From: Prasinococcaceae sp. CCMP 1430
Taxonomy: Eukaryota; Plantae; Prasinodermophyta
NCBI GenBank assembly: GCA_013416795.1
Contig: RQSC01000002.1
Span: 121,442 to 185,441 of the forward strand
Length of the DNA stretch: 64,000 nucleotides
Direction of reading: 5' to 3'
Shown: positions 1-11,379 of the stretch, one piece after another
Layout: each line of letters begins with the position of its first letter
Position numbering within the stretch: position 1 is the stretch's first letter
Program-made: the position numbers and the translations under genes
The notes under the pieces: generated by a model
Databases searched by the model: none
Told to the model about the DNA's origin: nothing
What the model saw: only the letters and a program-made list of their open reading frames with translations

Positions 1-2899
1 CCGCGCAGCAGCGCCTCCTCCACCTGACCACCGAGTTCAACGACGGTAGCGGACGCCCCTGCCTCACCCGTGGCCTCGTCGTCGACGTCGTCCTCATCAT
101 CCTCGTTAGCCGTCGCTGCGCCCTTTGCTGCCCTCGCCGCCTCCATGGCCTTGGCGACGAGCTGCTGAGGCTCGATCAGCACCATATTATTCTTCTCGGC
201 AACAACTTTGCCAATTAGCTCGGCGCCAGCGAAGGGCGCACCCGTGACGGCGACCCTGCAGCGCAGCGAGCTCAGGTCAGGCACGGGAAGCTTGGGCGCT
301 GGCGGCGCGATTGCCAACTTGAGATTGTACACGATGTCACCAAGCGGATCATTCTCGGGCACACCCGCGGGCCATTCCCACTCGCCACGCGATGACAGGT
401 AGTCACAGACGGCCGCCTCGTCAAGTGTGGTCGCGACCAATTCGCTCTCGTCGCTCTCAGACAGCTCGACCGCCTGCGCGGGCGAGGCGCCCTCCTCCTT
501 AACGAGCGGCGCAGCGGTCTCGAGCTCACCCGATAAGAACAGGGCCTTCCACTCGCGCCACTCTTTGCGCGGTACCAGCGCGTCCGTGCGCGCACGATAC
601 TCTGCCGCGCGCTCAGCGAGCCCAGCCATCTGGCTGATGAGGTCCGTGCACATGCCAAGGACGGCCTGTTTGTCTGCTTGTCTGCGCTCCTCGGCCTCGG
701 CTGCGAGACGCGCGGCCTCGTCCCTTGCCGCTGCTTCGAAAGCCTCCCTGTCGGCGCGACCAGCGGCGCGGTTTCGCTCGAGGGACTCCTCCAAGTCGCG
801 CGCGCGGCGCTCAGCATACTGGCTCTCGCGGAACGCGCGGTTCTCACGCATCACCTCTTTCTCCTGCCTGAGCTGCCACAGCTCAGCTGCGAGGCGCTGC
901 TCCTCAGCTGCGCCCGTGCGCAGGCTGTCGAGTAACTCGGCCTCGCGGCGGTGCTCCTCCATTGACGCCTGCGCAGCGCTCTCCTCCAGCACGGCCTTGC
1001 GGCGGCGGCGCTCGCGCTCCTTTCGCGCGGCCGTCTCCTCTGCGCGCTTTCCACGCATGCGGCCGAGGTACTCCATGCCCTCCTCACGCATGCGGCGAGC
1101 GTCGGGCAGCTTCGTCTTGATGTTCTGCAGGTGTTCGAGCGGTGTGATGTTTGAGTAGGTGGGCATGGTCTCCGCTTCGGTGCTGGCCAACGCGCCAGCG
1201 CTCGCCGTAGCATTTGCCCTCGACGACGGGAACTTGGGCCCATCGGCCACCGAGCGGAGGTTGCGCTCGAACTCAGCAATGCCATCTGCAAGCTCGACCG
1301 TCGCGTTGTACCTGGCCGCCTGCTTCTTCCTCTGCTTGCGCTCGCGCATTGCAAGCTCAATGCGCAGTTCGTCGCGCTCGAACTCGCGCTGGCGATCGCG
1401 GATAGCGAGGTGAGCCGCCAAATCGCGTTCCTTGCGCGCCTCGAGCTGCTCGCGGCGCTGGAGCGTTGCGGCGCGCATCTGGCTGTGCCGCGTGCGTGCG
1501 ATCATGTCTCTCGTGTCGAGCTCCTCCCGCCTGCTTGCCAACTTCTCGGCCTCCAAGTGTGCGGCCGTCTCAGAGAATTTTTGCAGCCTGAAGGCCATGT
1601 CCAGTTGGCTGGGGTTCTGCGCACGCGTCTTGAGCGTATCCTCAAAGACCTTCGAGATCACCGCGTCGTAGCGCTTGCGCTCGCCCTTGGCCTGGCGCGC
1701 CTCGAGCAAGCCGAGGCTTGGCTTGGTGCTCACGCCTAGCGTGCGACTGAGGTACGAGCCGCTCTCGTTGTTCGTGCCAAGCTCCTGGCGCAGCGTGTCG
1801 AGCCGCACTTTGATTTGGTACAGGAGTTCCGCAGCCACGCCGTTGACGCCCGCCATAATTTGGTTGGCCGTTTGCGAGGTAAGCTCAATGCCCATGCGCC
1901 CCAGCGTCTGTTGCAGACGCGAAAAGTTCGCGACCATGGCCTCAGGCGTGTGCTTCTGCTGAAACTCGTGGAAGTCAGGCTGCATTCCACAGCGCGACAA
2001 GAGCTCGCCTAGGCCATAGCCGCTCGCGAAGGCTTCCTCGAAGGTCTCGCCGGGCAGCGGGCGTGACAGGCCCACCTACAGAGGCGCGGGCACGCGGCAT
2101 AGCGCGTGCAACGCGCCAGATCGCAATGCACAGAGCAGCCCCTGGCGTTAGCACCGGTTGCGTCACAGCAAGTCACACTGACCACCGCTGCAATGCCCGA
2201 GGTCACAGCGGAACCCGCCTGACACGTAGGCACACTCGCGCCACCACCGCACTCGTGAGCATCGCGGTGCCAGTGCTCACGCAACCAGCTCGCAGCGCTC
2301 TGCGGCTCCCGCCCGTGCCGCACGCCGCACAACGCGCGCGAGCCGCCGCTGTGGCGAAGCCCCCCAACGCGCGCGAGCCGCCACCGAGCAAGCTGTGCAG
2401 CCCGCGGCGGAGCCGAGCGTTGCTGTCGGCCCACCGTGCGCTGCTCGCGCGGGAACGAAGCCGCTCCTGGCGCTCGATAGACAAGCGGAAAATGCGACGC
2501 TCTGGAACAAGCTCGAGCGCTCGAGCGCGCGCGGAGTCACCCCGTCTTCCTCCCCCCCACCCCCCCACCCCTCCCCCTCGCTCCGCGACGGGGCGGCATC
2601 TGCCGTCAAATTGCCCTTGTCCTCGCCGCCAGCCGCACGCGGAGCCCCGCCGCGCCGCATCCTGCCGCGGCCCCTCTCTCCCCCCCCCCCCACGCGCGCG
2701 CGTGCGGACGGGCGTCGCGCGCACGTCGTGAAGGGGGAAAAACTCCCCTCACGCGAAAAAAAAAAATGCACTGGTCCGGGTGCGGCGGCGCTGTGCTGCG
2801 CCGCACAGCGCCCTAGCCTTCCCTGTCGCTCTCCGCGCACACCCTCCCCGAGCGTGCTCGCACCTCGTCTCGCACCCATTGCGCCAGCAGCTCCGACAT
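1..2899 (-). CDS. SPEF2: Sperm flagellar protein 2 / central pair complex 1 (CPC1) homologue, 5' part; continues beyond the left edge
   Basis: Exon 1 2899-2864 (MSELLAQWVRDE), GT..AG intron 2863-2076, exon 2 from 2075: VGLSRPLPGETFEEAFASGYGLGELLSRCGMQPDFHEF...NFSRLQQTLGRMGI...GVAAELLYQIK. This matches the SPEF2 N-terminal calponin-homology domain. A long E/R-rich coiled coil follows. The ORF track misses it because the frame runs off the window. Confidence 0.85.
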
Positions 2900-3407
2900 C
2901 GCACCACTGCCGCCGCGGCCGCCACCGCGCGGCGCGGCGCGGCGCGTCGCAGCGCGCGGCTGGCGCCGCCGCGGACCCAGTTCCGGACCCCCGCCGGCGC
3001 GCGCACCCCGCCGGCGCCGCTTTTGGTCGCGGGGGCGCCCTGATGCGTTTTCATAGCCAGCCGTTCCCCCACAAAGCGCGCGCGCCGCGCGCCGGTTCCG
3101 GCGTGAATTCCGCGTGCTTTTCGATGTACGTCAACTCGCGCGTGCGTGCCTGCACCGCATAGCACGGTGTGCCTGGGCGCGCGCGGCATGCGCGAGAGAG
3201 CCTCAGAAGCGGCAGTGTGCGCCGCTCCGTAGTGCCGAGTCGCGCGGGCGTGCGGCGGTTCCAAGAGCATAATGATGCCTTGTGGATTTCAGTCGCGCGG
3301 GCCGCGCAGGCGCACTGGCGCAGCGCCACTTCAATCGTGCCCGTCATTGCGGGACGTCTCGCTTCTAAAGGCTACCATGCAAGCGCCACTTCGAGAGTGC
3401 AGCTGCC

Positions 3408-5278
3408 CTACTTCGCGCCCGGCGACTGCGCAGAGTTGTCCGCGCGCATCATAGCAGCGAACTCATTGTAGTCGATCCTCCCATCGCCGTCCTTGTCGAT
3501 GGTCGTGATGATTTCGTTGATGTGAGCGGGCGTACTGTTCATGCTCTTCAGCCCCTCGAGCAGCTCGTCATGCGTAATGTAGCCGCTGTTGTCTTTGTCG
3601 AAAAACTTGAACGCAGTCATAAGGTTCTCGTCCGACTCGAGACGCGACAGCGACACCGACGCGGCGATGAACTCCTCGTACTCAATTGCACCGCTGCCGT
3701 CCACGTCAAGCTGGTGCATCAGGGCTTTCATCGACTCAATGGTAGACTCCGAGGTGCCCTTCGCAAGCCCCTTCATTAGCTCGTCGTACGTGAGCGTGCC
3801 CGAGTTGTCTGTGTCCAGGCTCTTGAAGACCGCCTGCAGCCCCTCGATGTCGGAGGGCGCCAGCGATGTGGCGATGACTTTCAGGGCCATCTTCTTCATG
3901 CGGTTCATGTTCGAGAACTTGCGCAGGCGCTTAAGCACAGCGTTGTCCATGGCGCGGTCTGACACGCCAGAGCCACGGACCCACTTCATGCCAAGCAACT
4001 CCTCGGCCGTCGGACGCTTTGCCGGGTCACGCGTGAGCATCAGACGCACGCACTGCTTGGCCTCCTTGGACACCGCGGGCCACGGATCGGCGGAGAAATC
4101 GACATTGCCCTTGAGCACTTGTCTGAAGATCCCCTTCTCCGTCTCCGCCCAGAACGGTGGCACGCCGCTCAGCAAGATGTACAGAATGACGCCGCACGAC
4201 CACACATCCGCAGGGTACGAGTAATTGCGCTGCAGCACATCGGGGGCTACGTAGAACGCCGATCCAACGATGTCCTTGAACACGTCGCCGCGACGCGAAA
4301 AGATCGACAGGCCGAAGTCGGTCGCCTTGATGGGCGAGTTGTTCTTGTTGTTAAGCATGAGGAAATTCTCCGGCTTCAGGTCACGGTGGATGACGCCAAG
4401 ATCGTGGCAGTGCTTGACGACTTGCAGGATGGTGCGGATGACCTCGGCTGCGCCCTTCTCGGAATAGTGGCCCTTCATTACGATGCGATCGAACAGCTCG
4501 CCACCCTGGCACACCTCTTGGACCAGGTGCACGTCGTCTTTGTCTTCATACGCGCCCTTCAGCATCACGATGTTGCCGTGCCCATTGAGGTGGTGCATGA
4601 TGGCCACCTCGCGGCGCACATCCTCGACGTCGTCGGGTCTGTGCAGGTTCTTCTTCGAGATGGACTTGCATGCGAACTCCTTGCCGGTTCTCTTGCACAC
4701 GGCCACCTTGCAAATCCCAAACTGCCCACGGCCGAGCTCGCGACCAATGTCATACTGTGCAGGTGTCGGAGGCGCGGACGGCGGCGACCCGTCAGCAAAC
4801 GAGCACGCCCTGCGCGCCCGAGCGCACAGCGCGAGCGCTCACACGGCGAAGCGACCCATGTACACGGTCAAAACTAACAACGAAATCAAGCGAGGTCATT
4901 CCGGGCAATGCTCGCGAAAGACCGGGTAAATTCAGTGGACAGACCACGGTCTATCCGGAATCACCAGGTGTTTTTGCATCACGAAACTTTCCCGGGGTCG
5001 ACAGCGCAGGGGGCAGGGGCGCGCCCAACCGCAGCAGCTGGCGCGCAGCGCAGCGCAGCGGTACGGCGCGCGGCGGCGCGCGGCTGCGCGAGGGGCACGC
5101 GACGCACGTAGTCCTTGACGTTCTCATGCGGCCGATCAAGCACGTTGGCGACGAGCGACTTCCAGTCGACCTTGGGCCTGACGGTGCCGGACGGCGCGAC
5201 TGCCGCAGCGGACTGCTGCGCCGGCTCGTCAGCCCCGCCCTGCGCGGGGGGCGCGGGCTTGCTCTCGAAGCACCCCAT
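3408..5278 (-). CDS. CPK: Calcium-dependent protein kinase (kinase + junction + 4 EF-hands)
   Basis: Exon 1 5278-5108 starts MGCFESK (myristoylation/palmitoylation-type N-terminus). Intron 5107-4755. Exon 2 has LGRGQFG, HRDLKPEN, DFG and four EF-hand loops (DTDNSG, DVDGSG, DKDNSG, DKDGDG). Confidence 0.97.
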
Positions 5279-5913
5279 CGCCACTCCCCGCCGCCGCCGC
5301 GCCGACGCCCCGCCCTCTTTGCCGCCGCTACGGCAGTCGCTGCCGCCGCAGGCGCCCCCGCCAGCGCGCGCGCCCCCGGGCTGGTGTGGCGCCCGCGCGC
5401 GCCCGTGCAAGCCGCTCACGCCAGCGCGCGGGGCGAGCATGAAACGCGCGGCAGCGCCCCCCGGCAGATCAGCAGCAGCGAAGGATCGTGGCTCCCATCA
5501 GTCAGCGCGCGCGCCGATGTGCCGATATTTTCCTGGAGGACGCAGATGCCAGACGCAACACGACATCTCGCCATGAGATGCCAGCCGGCGTTGTTGGTTG
5601 GCGCGCCACGGCCGCCACCGCCCGCCCATGCGCGCGCACGCGCGCTCGGGGAACCGCCATCAACCAGCATGCGGGATGTGGACTGCGTTGAATCGGTCTG
5701 CATATTGCAAATGGAGATCGCCCGTGTGTGAATATGCTATGAGTTGTGATTGATTGGTACAGTACGTTGTGTGCTCTCGCGAGATCTCGCACGTGTTGAG
5801 CGTGGTATCGGAGCTTTTCGCGCGCGCGCGCTCAGGTGCGCCCGCGATCCGCGCCGGCGCGCGGCGCAGGCTGGGCCGGCGGAGTCGCCGCGCCCCCGTG
5901 GAGGGGCGCGCGC

Positions 5914-7674
5914 ATGCTCGACCGCCTGGACAACGACAGCCTGGCGAGGGTGCTCACGCATCTCGGCGTGCGCGGCCTCGCGCATACTGCCGCGGCGCTG
6001 CCGCGCGTGTGCCGCGCGTGGCGCGACGCGGCGGCCGCGGATGGCGAGCTCTGGGGCAGGCTACTCGACAGGGACTTCGGGCCGCACGCGCGAATGCGAG
6101 CGCCTGGCGAGCACGCGAGATGCGCGTACAGGCGGCTCGAGGTCGCGAGGCGCGCGTGGGTTGAAGGTGAGCTCGAAGGCAGCACGCGTACCATACCGAG
6201 GGGGACGCCGGGCATCCCGGCGGGCAATGACGCCACCCACGCCCTGATGGTGTCGCTGCCCAAATGCCTCGCGCACGCAGGCGGCGACATGGTAGCCACC
6301 ACATTCGCTGGGAGACTACTCGTGTGCAGCGGCGCCGACGCAGGCGTGGAGCGCTGGACAGTCCTCATCAACACTCCTCGCACCCCTCTCTCGTCACTGT
6401 GCGCCTCTGAGGACCTGATATGTGTGCTGCGGGGGGCCAGCGGCGGGGGCGACGCCAGCGCCGAGCTGCTCGTTTTTGAGCGCTCGCGGCGATACGGCAG
6501 GTGCAAGGGCGAGCTGACAGCGGAGGACGGGCAGAGCGTATGGAAGCGCGTCGACTCGCCGCTTGCACTCGTGACAGGCGCAACCCCACAGCACGCGTCC
6601 GAATGGTGCACCGCTGCGTGCGCCGGCCATCTGGTACTCGCGCATGAGGCGCAACGACGCATCGTGGTGTGGAGCGCTCGGCGCCACGCAATTGTTTACG
6701 ATGAAAGCGGAGTAATTCCGTCAAGTGCATGGAGCAGTGGCGCTTCCACGAACGCCGAGCGTCGCTCTGCGATGGCGGTAGCGCTGCTTGGCGACGGGAG
6801 CGTGCACGACAGTGGGGAGGCATTGATGCTGACGATAGCAACGGAGGCCGGTATGTGGACAGCCATGTGCGGAGTCGATGTCGGCTGCAGGCGGGAAAGC
6901 AGCAGCGACGTTACGCGAGCGCACACGCGCACGCGCACTCTCGCGCGGCTATACGAGCTGTCTGAACCACACCTCTACCATCCCAACGCATCTCTCGTCT
7001 GCGTCGCTGCGAGCGACTGTGGGCAGAGCATCGCTGCGAGCGTGTGGGAACCCGCGCGAGCAGATGACGTCAGGGGTGCGATAGCAATCAACGCTGACCC
7101 GGGAGCTTCTGCCAGTGGTGGCACGGCCACCGGGTCCTCGACGGATACGAAGAGGCGCCGTGCGTTATACGTGAACGTGTGCATGAAGCAGCCCGAAAAA
7201 GCCGCGGACTTCGAGGTCAGGAACGGAGCGCGCACCTTCCTTGTGGCGCTCGATCCCACCGATGACGCACGCTCTGGCGCACATCCACCGACTGCTATCG
7301 GATTCGTTGGCTTCCGGACGCTCATTGCCTTTGGAAGGGTGAGATTTGTCTTGCAGATTCGCGGCGCGCCGCACCGCGCACTCATGAGCTCGCGTGCTGA
7401 CGGCTCGCGTGCGCACGCCCGCACGCGACCGAAGGATGGGTGCATTCACGTCGCCCACATCAGCGACTCGATGCTCTCCACCACGGGCGTGAGCGTCTTA
7501 CACTGCTGGCCGCGCTCGCTGCCTTTCGCAGTCAAGCTAGAATTGGGCATTCCCAAAGGCGTCTTCTCCGAGTCGGTAAGCTCCGGGTGGGCGGCGCGAG
7601 GACTCGCGGGCAGCGAGGTTGTCTTCGGACACGACGCGATGCCCAACGGGCAGATGGGTGTCCTCAGCATGTAA
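5914..7674 (+). CDS. F-box-like protein with a divergent, probably beta-propeller C-terminus
   Basis: N-terminal LDRLDNDSLARVLTHL...LPRVCRAWRDAAAADGELWGRLLDRDFG is F-box-like. Probable in-frame intron about 7339-7434 (GTGAGA...GCTGAC...AAG). Confidence 0.6.
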   Translation: MLDRLDNDSLARVLTHLGVRGLAHTAAALPRVCRAWRDAAAADGELWGRLLDRDFGPHARMRAPGEHARCAYRRLEVARRAWVEGELEGSTRTIPRGTPGIPAGNDATHALMVSLPKCLAHAGGDMVATTFAGRLLVCSGADAGVERWTVLINTPRTPLSSLCASEDLICVLRGASGGGDASAELLVFERSRRYGRCKGELTAEDGQSVWKRVDSPLALVTGATPQHASEWCTAACAGHLVLAHEAQRRIVVWSARRHAIVYDESGVIPSSAWSSGASTNAERRSAMAVALLGDGSVHDSGEALMLTIATEAGMWTAMCGVDVGCRRESSSDVTRAHTRTRTLARLYELSEPHLYHPNASLVCVAASDCGQSIAASVWEPARADDVRGAIAINADPGASASGGTATGSSTDTKRRRALYVNVCMKQPEKAADFEVRNGARTFLVALDPTDDARSGAHPPTAIGFVGFRTLIAFGRVRFVLQIRGAPHRALMSSRADGSRAHARTRPKDGCIHVAHISDSMLSTTGVSVLHCWPRSLPFAVKLELGIPKGVFSESVSSGWAARGLAGSEVVFGHDAMPNGQMGVLSM

Positions 7675-7992
7675 GGACGCGCAGCTTCTCACGGTCTGGT
7701 CGAGCGGTGCTAAAAATAGCTGTCTGGTTACGAGTAGCAATCATCAATACCCCGCCCTACGCAAATATTGCGGCTTCAACGTCACGCGCTATCTACGCCC
7801 TGGTCATCCGCCCAAGGCTAAATCTCTGAAATGCTCCTGACCTATTCTTTGTCTAGCTTGTCTGGCCAGGCCTGCCGACGCTCGAAGGAGCACTCGGCTG
7901 GCCACGTGCATTATGTCGATATGTCTTGTCTGGTATCTGGTGTCTGGTCTGTCTGGTGCTAGGAAGAAGGGGAGGACACGCACGCCCTGCAC

Positions 7993-9103
7993 CTACATGA
8001 GCTCCTTCGGCCGTTCCCACTGGGACACGCCGGTGAACTCGTTGTAGTAATACAGCGTGCCGTCGGGGGCGGTGTGCACCGTCCAGCCGTGCTGCGGCGG
8101 GCCGCCCGCGCCCGGCGGTCCCGGCATGCCCATACCAGCGTCCATCATCGGCTGCTGCTGTTCTCCGTAGGCGCCGTAGGGCGCTCCGCCAAAGCCGACC
8201 TGCGGGCCACCGTAGGCCTGCTGCGGGCCACCAAAACCGCGGCCGCCCTGCGGGTAGCCGCCGTACGGGCCCGGCCCGCCGCGGCCATAGCCCGGGCCGG
8301 GGCCGTAGCCCGGGCCGGGGCCGTAGCCCGGGCCAGGGCCATAGCCTGGCCCGCCGTGTGGGCCGTGGCCGTGGCCGTGCCCGCCGTAACCGTTGCCGCG
8401 GAAGCCACCTCCGCGGCCGCCGCCAGCAGGTCCCTGCGCTAGGCTCTGATCGCCGCGCGGCACCGCGGGCTTTACCTCAACCTGCTTGCCGTCCAGGGAG
8501 TGGAAGCGGCTCACCATCACGCGGCCGACCGCATCCTCGCTCTCGAACGTGACGAAGCCGAAGCCGCGCGGCCGCTGCGTCGCCATATCGCGCATGACAA
8601 GCACCTCAGCGATCGGGCCGTACTGCTGGAAGTAGTTCTGCACATCGCCTGCGGAGCACGAGGCGATCGCGCGATCGCGCGCACGTCCGGGGGTGGGGTC
8701 AGCGTGCGCACGCACGACAGCTCGGATCTATCGTTTCAGTAGGCGCGAGGGGCACACACCCCAGGAGTGGGAGCAATGGGGCGGTCGCACGCGCGCCGTG
8801 CGCTCGCCGGCGGGGGCAGTGGATGAGCGGGCGAGAGCCAGAGGGCGATGAGACGACCCGGGCCGGCGTGCTCGCCCCACTTGCCGCGGGGCGCCTCCGG
8901 GCGCCGCCTCGCCCCGCTTGCCGCGCACCCGGCCAGCGCGCGCGCGCATGTTTTCGTTTAGGGTTGATCAAAACGGCTGCGCCCCGCGCGCGCGCGGCGC
9001 TCCCGCCCTGCTCTGCCGTGCGCCCGAAAAAAGCGGGTGGCGCCGCCGCTCCGATTGCGGCGGGGGGCAGGGCTCGCCCCCCCCCCCCCCCCNNNTGCTC
9101 CAT
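7993..9103 (-). CDS. RRM + Gly/Pro/Tyr-rich linker + WW domain RNA-binding protein (5' exon disrupted at the NNN at 9093-9095)
   Basis: RNP1 RGFGFVTF, VEVKPAVP, GPGYGP repeats, WW domain WTVHTAPDGTLYYYNEFTGVSQWERP. The main exon starts about 8648 after a GCTGAC...CAG acceptor. The RNP2-containing exon is not visible. Confidence 0.85.
8286..8355 (-). repeat. Coding 18-bp tandem repeat (GPGYGP)x4
   Basis: Repeated GGCCCCGGCCCGGGCTAC units encode a low-complexity linker. Confidence 0.85.
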
Positions 9104-9821
9104 CGTGTAGAGCGCGGGCGCTCCCGCGTGCGCGCGCGCTCTGGCTGGTGCCGGGCGCGCAGCGAGCGCGCGCTCGGCACGCGCGCGCACGCGAGGGCGC
9201 GCGTTCCACATCGGGATGTTTCGCTCGGTATTTTCGTCTCTTCCGGGGCGCCTCATCTAATTCTTCCCCGGCGTCGATGCGGCGATTCGATCCGAAGAAT
9301 CCCCCGCGAAGAGGCGACGGAAGCGCGCGAGAGGCAGCGGATCGAGGGGCCACGTATGCTCGGGCACCAGAGGCGAGTCATCGCCTCAGAGGTGCGGGGC
9401 ACCGAGCATTTGATGGGGCAGTGATGGGCGGGCGTCCAACCAACCGACAGACTGCGGCCCGCGGCCATGCGCAGCGGTGCGCGGAGCGCCGCGGCGGCTG
9501 GTGCGCGGTCCCATCAGTCAGCCAGGGCCTTCACAAGACGGCCCTCGAGCCGGGGTTCGAGCTGGGACGACGCGCGGGTGTGCAGCCAGCGCCGCGGAGT
9601 CCTACTATTTCGGATGGCTATTACAGTGGGTCGTGACGCACACGACATCGTCTCGCGGGCGCGCTCGGTGCACGACTGTACATGGCGTCGTTGGCGCGTG
9701 TGGCCGTGGCATGCTCCGCGCGGCCCGCGGCTGGCCGGCTCGTGCGTGCTGACCATCGCCTGCGCGTGCACGACGCGGCACCGCGTGAATGGTACAAAAA
9801 GTTTCGGCAGGGAGGCCCACC

Positions 9822-10794
9822 TCACCAGTTGAAGCCCGACGCCGAGCCGAGCAGTCCGGCGGCCTTGCCGATGTCGATTATTTGCATGAAGGTCGTGTGG
9901 CCAGTGGACGCCTCGATCCCGACCGCGAGTAGGAAGCCAAGCATGGCTGCGCGGCCGTTGTTCAGCTCGACCTGCCGCCCATACTCTACGATCTCAGCGC
10001 TCTCGTCCACGCCCGTGGTCGTCGCGATGCCGGGCAGCGTGGCGTTCGATGGCCGCGGCTTGAGAGTCGCCTCTGCCGCCTGGGCGTCCGAGGCGAAGGC
10101 CTCGTCAGAGGACAGCACGCCGCGCTGGGCCTTCATTGCGGCAGCGGTCTCGGCGGCCTCAGCGGCCTCTCCGTCGACGTCACCGGCGACACCGAGCACT
10201 GCGTCCGCCGGAGTAGCCTCCCGAGCCGCAGCCGCCACCGCCGCCTCGTCGAGCGGGCCGAGTGGGTCGTTGGCGGGGTCCTTGATGCGCGCGGCCTCCA
10301 CGGCTACCTCGCGCTTGGTCGCCCTGTCCACGCCAAGGAAGCTGCTGTAGCGCATCTCCTCGGACAGCGTCATCTCCTTGTTCTGGGCGCGCGAGATGGT
10401 CACAGCGACGCCGCCGAGCGTGCTCGCGCCGACGATGCCCCAGATGAGGAACGCCAACTCGGCCGAGGGCACCAGGCCGATCTGTTCGAGCACGCCCCCC
10501 TTGTTGAAGCCCACCTCGGCGACGAGGCCGGAGACGAAGCCAATCATGGCGAGGCGACCCGTCCAGAGCTCCGCGAACGGCGTGAAACCGAAGTAGCCCT
10601 CCGAGGTGTCCAGGCCGACTCGTTCGAAGCTCGACGCCACCGGGTCTTTCAGAGCGAGCTGGGTGAAGCCTCTGGACGTGGCCTTGCCGTTCATGCACGC
10701 GGCGCGGCGACCGCTCGCGGCGCGGGCGCCGCGCGCGGGGCGGGGGACGCAGGGCTGTGGGTCCTCGAGTGAACCCCATCCTTGGAGGCGCCAT
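9822..10794 (-). CDS. Light-harvesting-like photoprotective protein (LHL4/ELIP/PSBS-related)
   Basis: Two LHC motifs, FAELWTGRLAMIGF and VELNNGRAAMLGF, with an intervening TM helix. The likely transit peptide from ATG 10794 is out of frame with the body across a (GC)n tract, probably an assembly slip. Confidence 0.8.
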
Positions 10795-10856
10795 GTCGGG
10801 CGAGATGAGCCTGGGGAACGACGCGCCGGGCGCGGCGGTCGCGGGCGCCGACGCGG

Positions 10857-11379
10857 NNNNNNNNNNNNNNNNNNNNNNNNNNNNNNNNNNNNNNNNNNNN
10901 NNNNNNNNNNNNNNNNNNNNNNNNNNNNNNNNNNNNNNNNNNNNNNNNNNNNNNNNNNNNNNNNNNNNNNNNNNNNNNNNNNNNNNNNNNNNNNNNNNNN
11001 NNNNNNNNNNNNNNNNNNNNNNNNNNNNNNNNNNNNNNNNNNNNNNNNNNNNNNNNNNNNNNNNNNNNNNNNNNNNNNNNNNNNNNNNNNNNNNNNNNNN
11101 NNNNNNNNNNNNNNNNNNNNNNNNNNNNNNNNNNNNNNNNNNNNNNNNNNNNNNNNNNNNNNNNNNNNNNNNNNNNNNNNNNNNNNNNNNNNNNNNNNNN
11201 NNNNNNNNNNNNNNNNNNNNNNNNNNNNNNNNNNNNNNNNNNNNNNNNNNNNNNNNNNNNNNNNNNNNNNNNNNNNNNNNNNNNNNNNNNNNNNNNNNNN
11301 NNNNNNNNNNNNNNNNNNNNNNNNNNNNNNNNNNNNNNNNNNNNNNNNNNNNNNNNNNNNNNNNNNNNNNNNNNNNNNN
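10857..11379. other. Assembly gap (others at 21035-21130, 21566-21606, 28925-29100, 53666-53858)
   Basis: N runs, mostly in GC-rich 5' regions of divergent gene pairs. Confidence 0.99.

Noticed and set aside
10700-10794. Apparent frameshifts between transit peptide and body (also 56976-57010)
   Set aside because: They occur in (GC)n tracts where this assembly is demonstrably unreliable. No slippery site or other support for programmed frameshifting.
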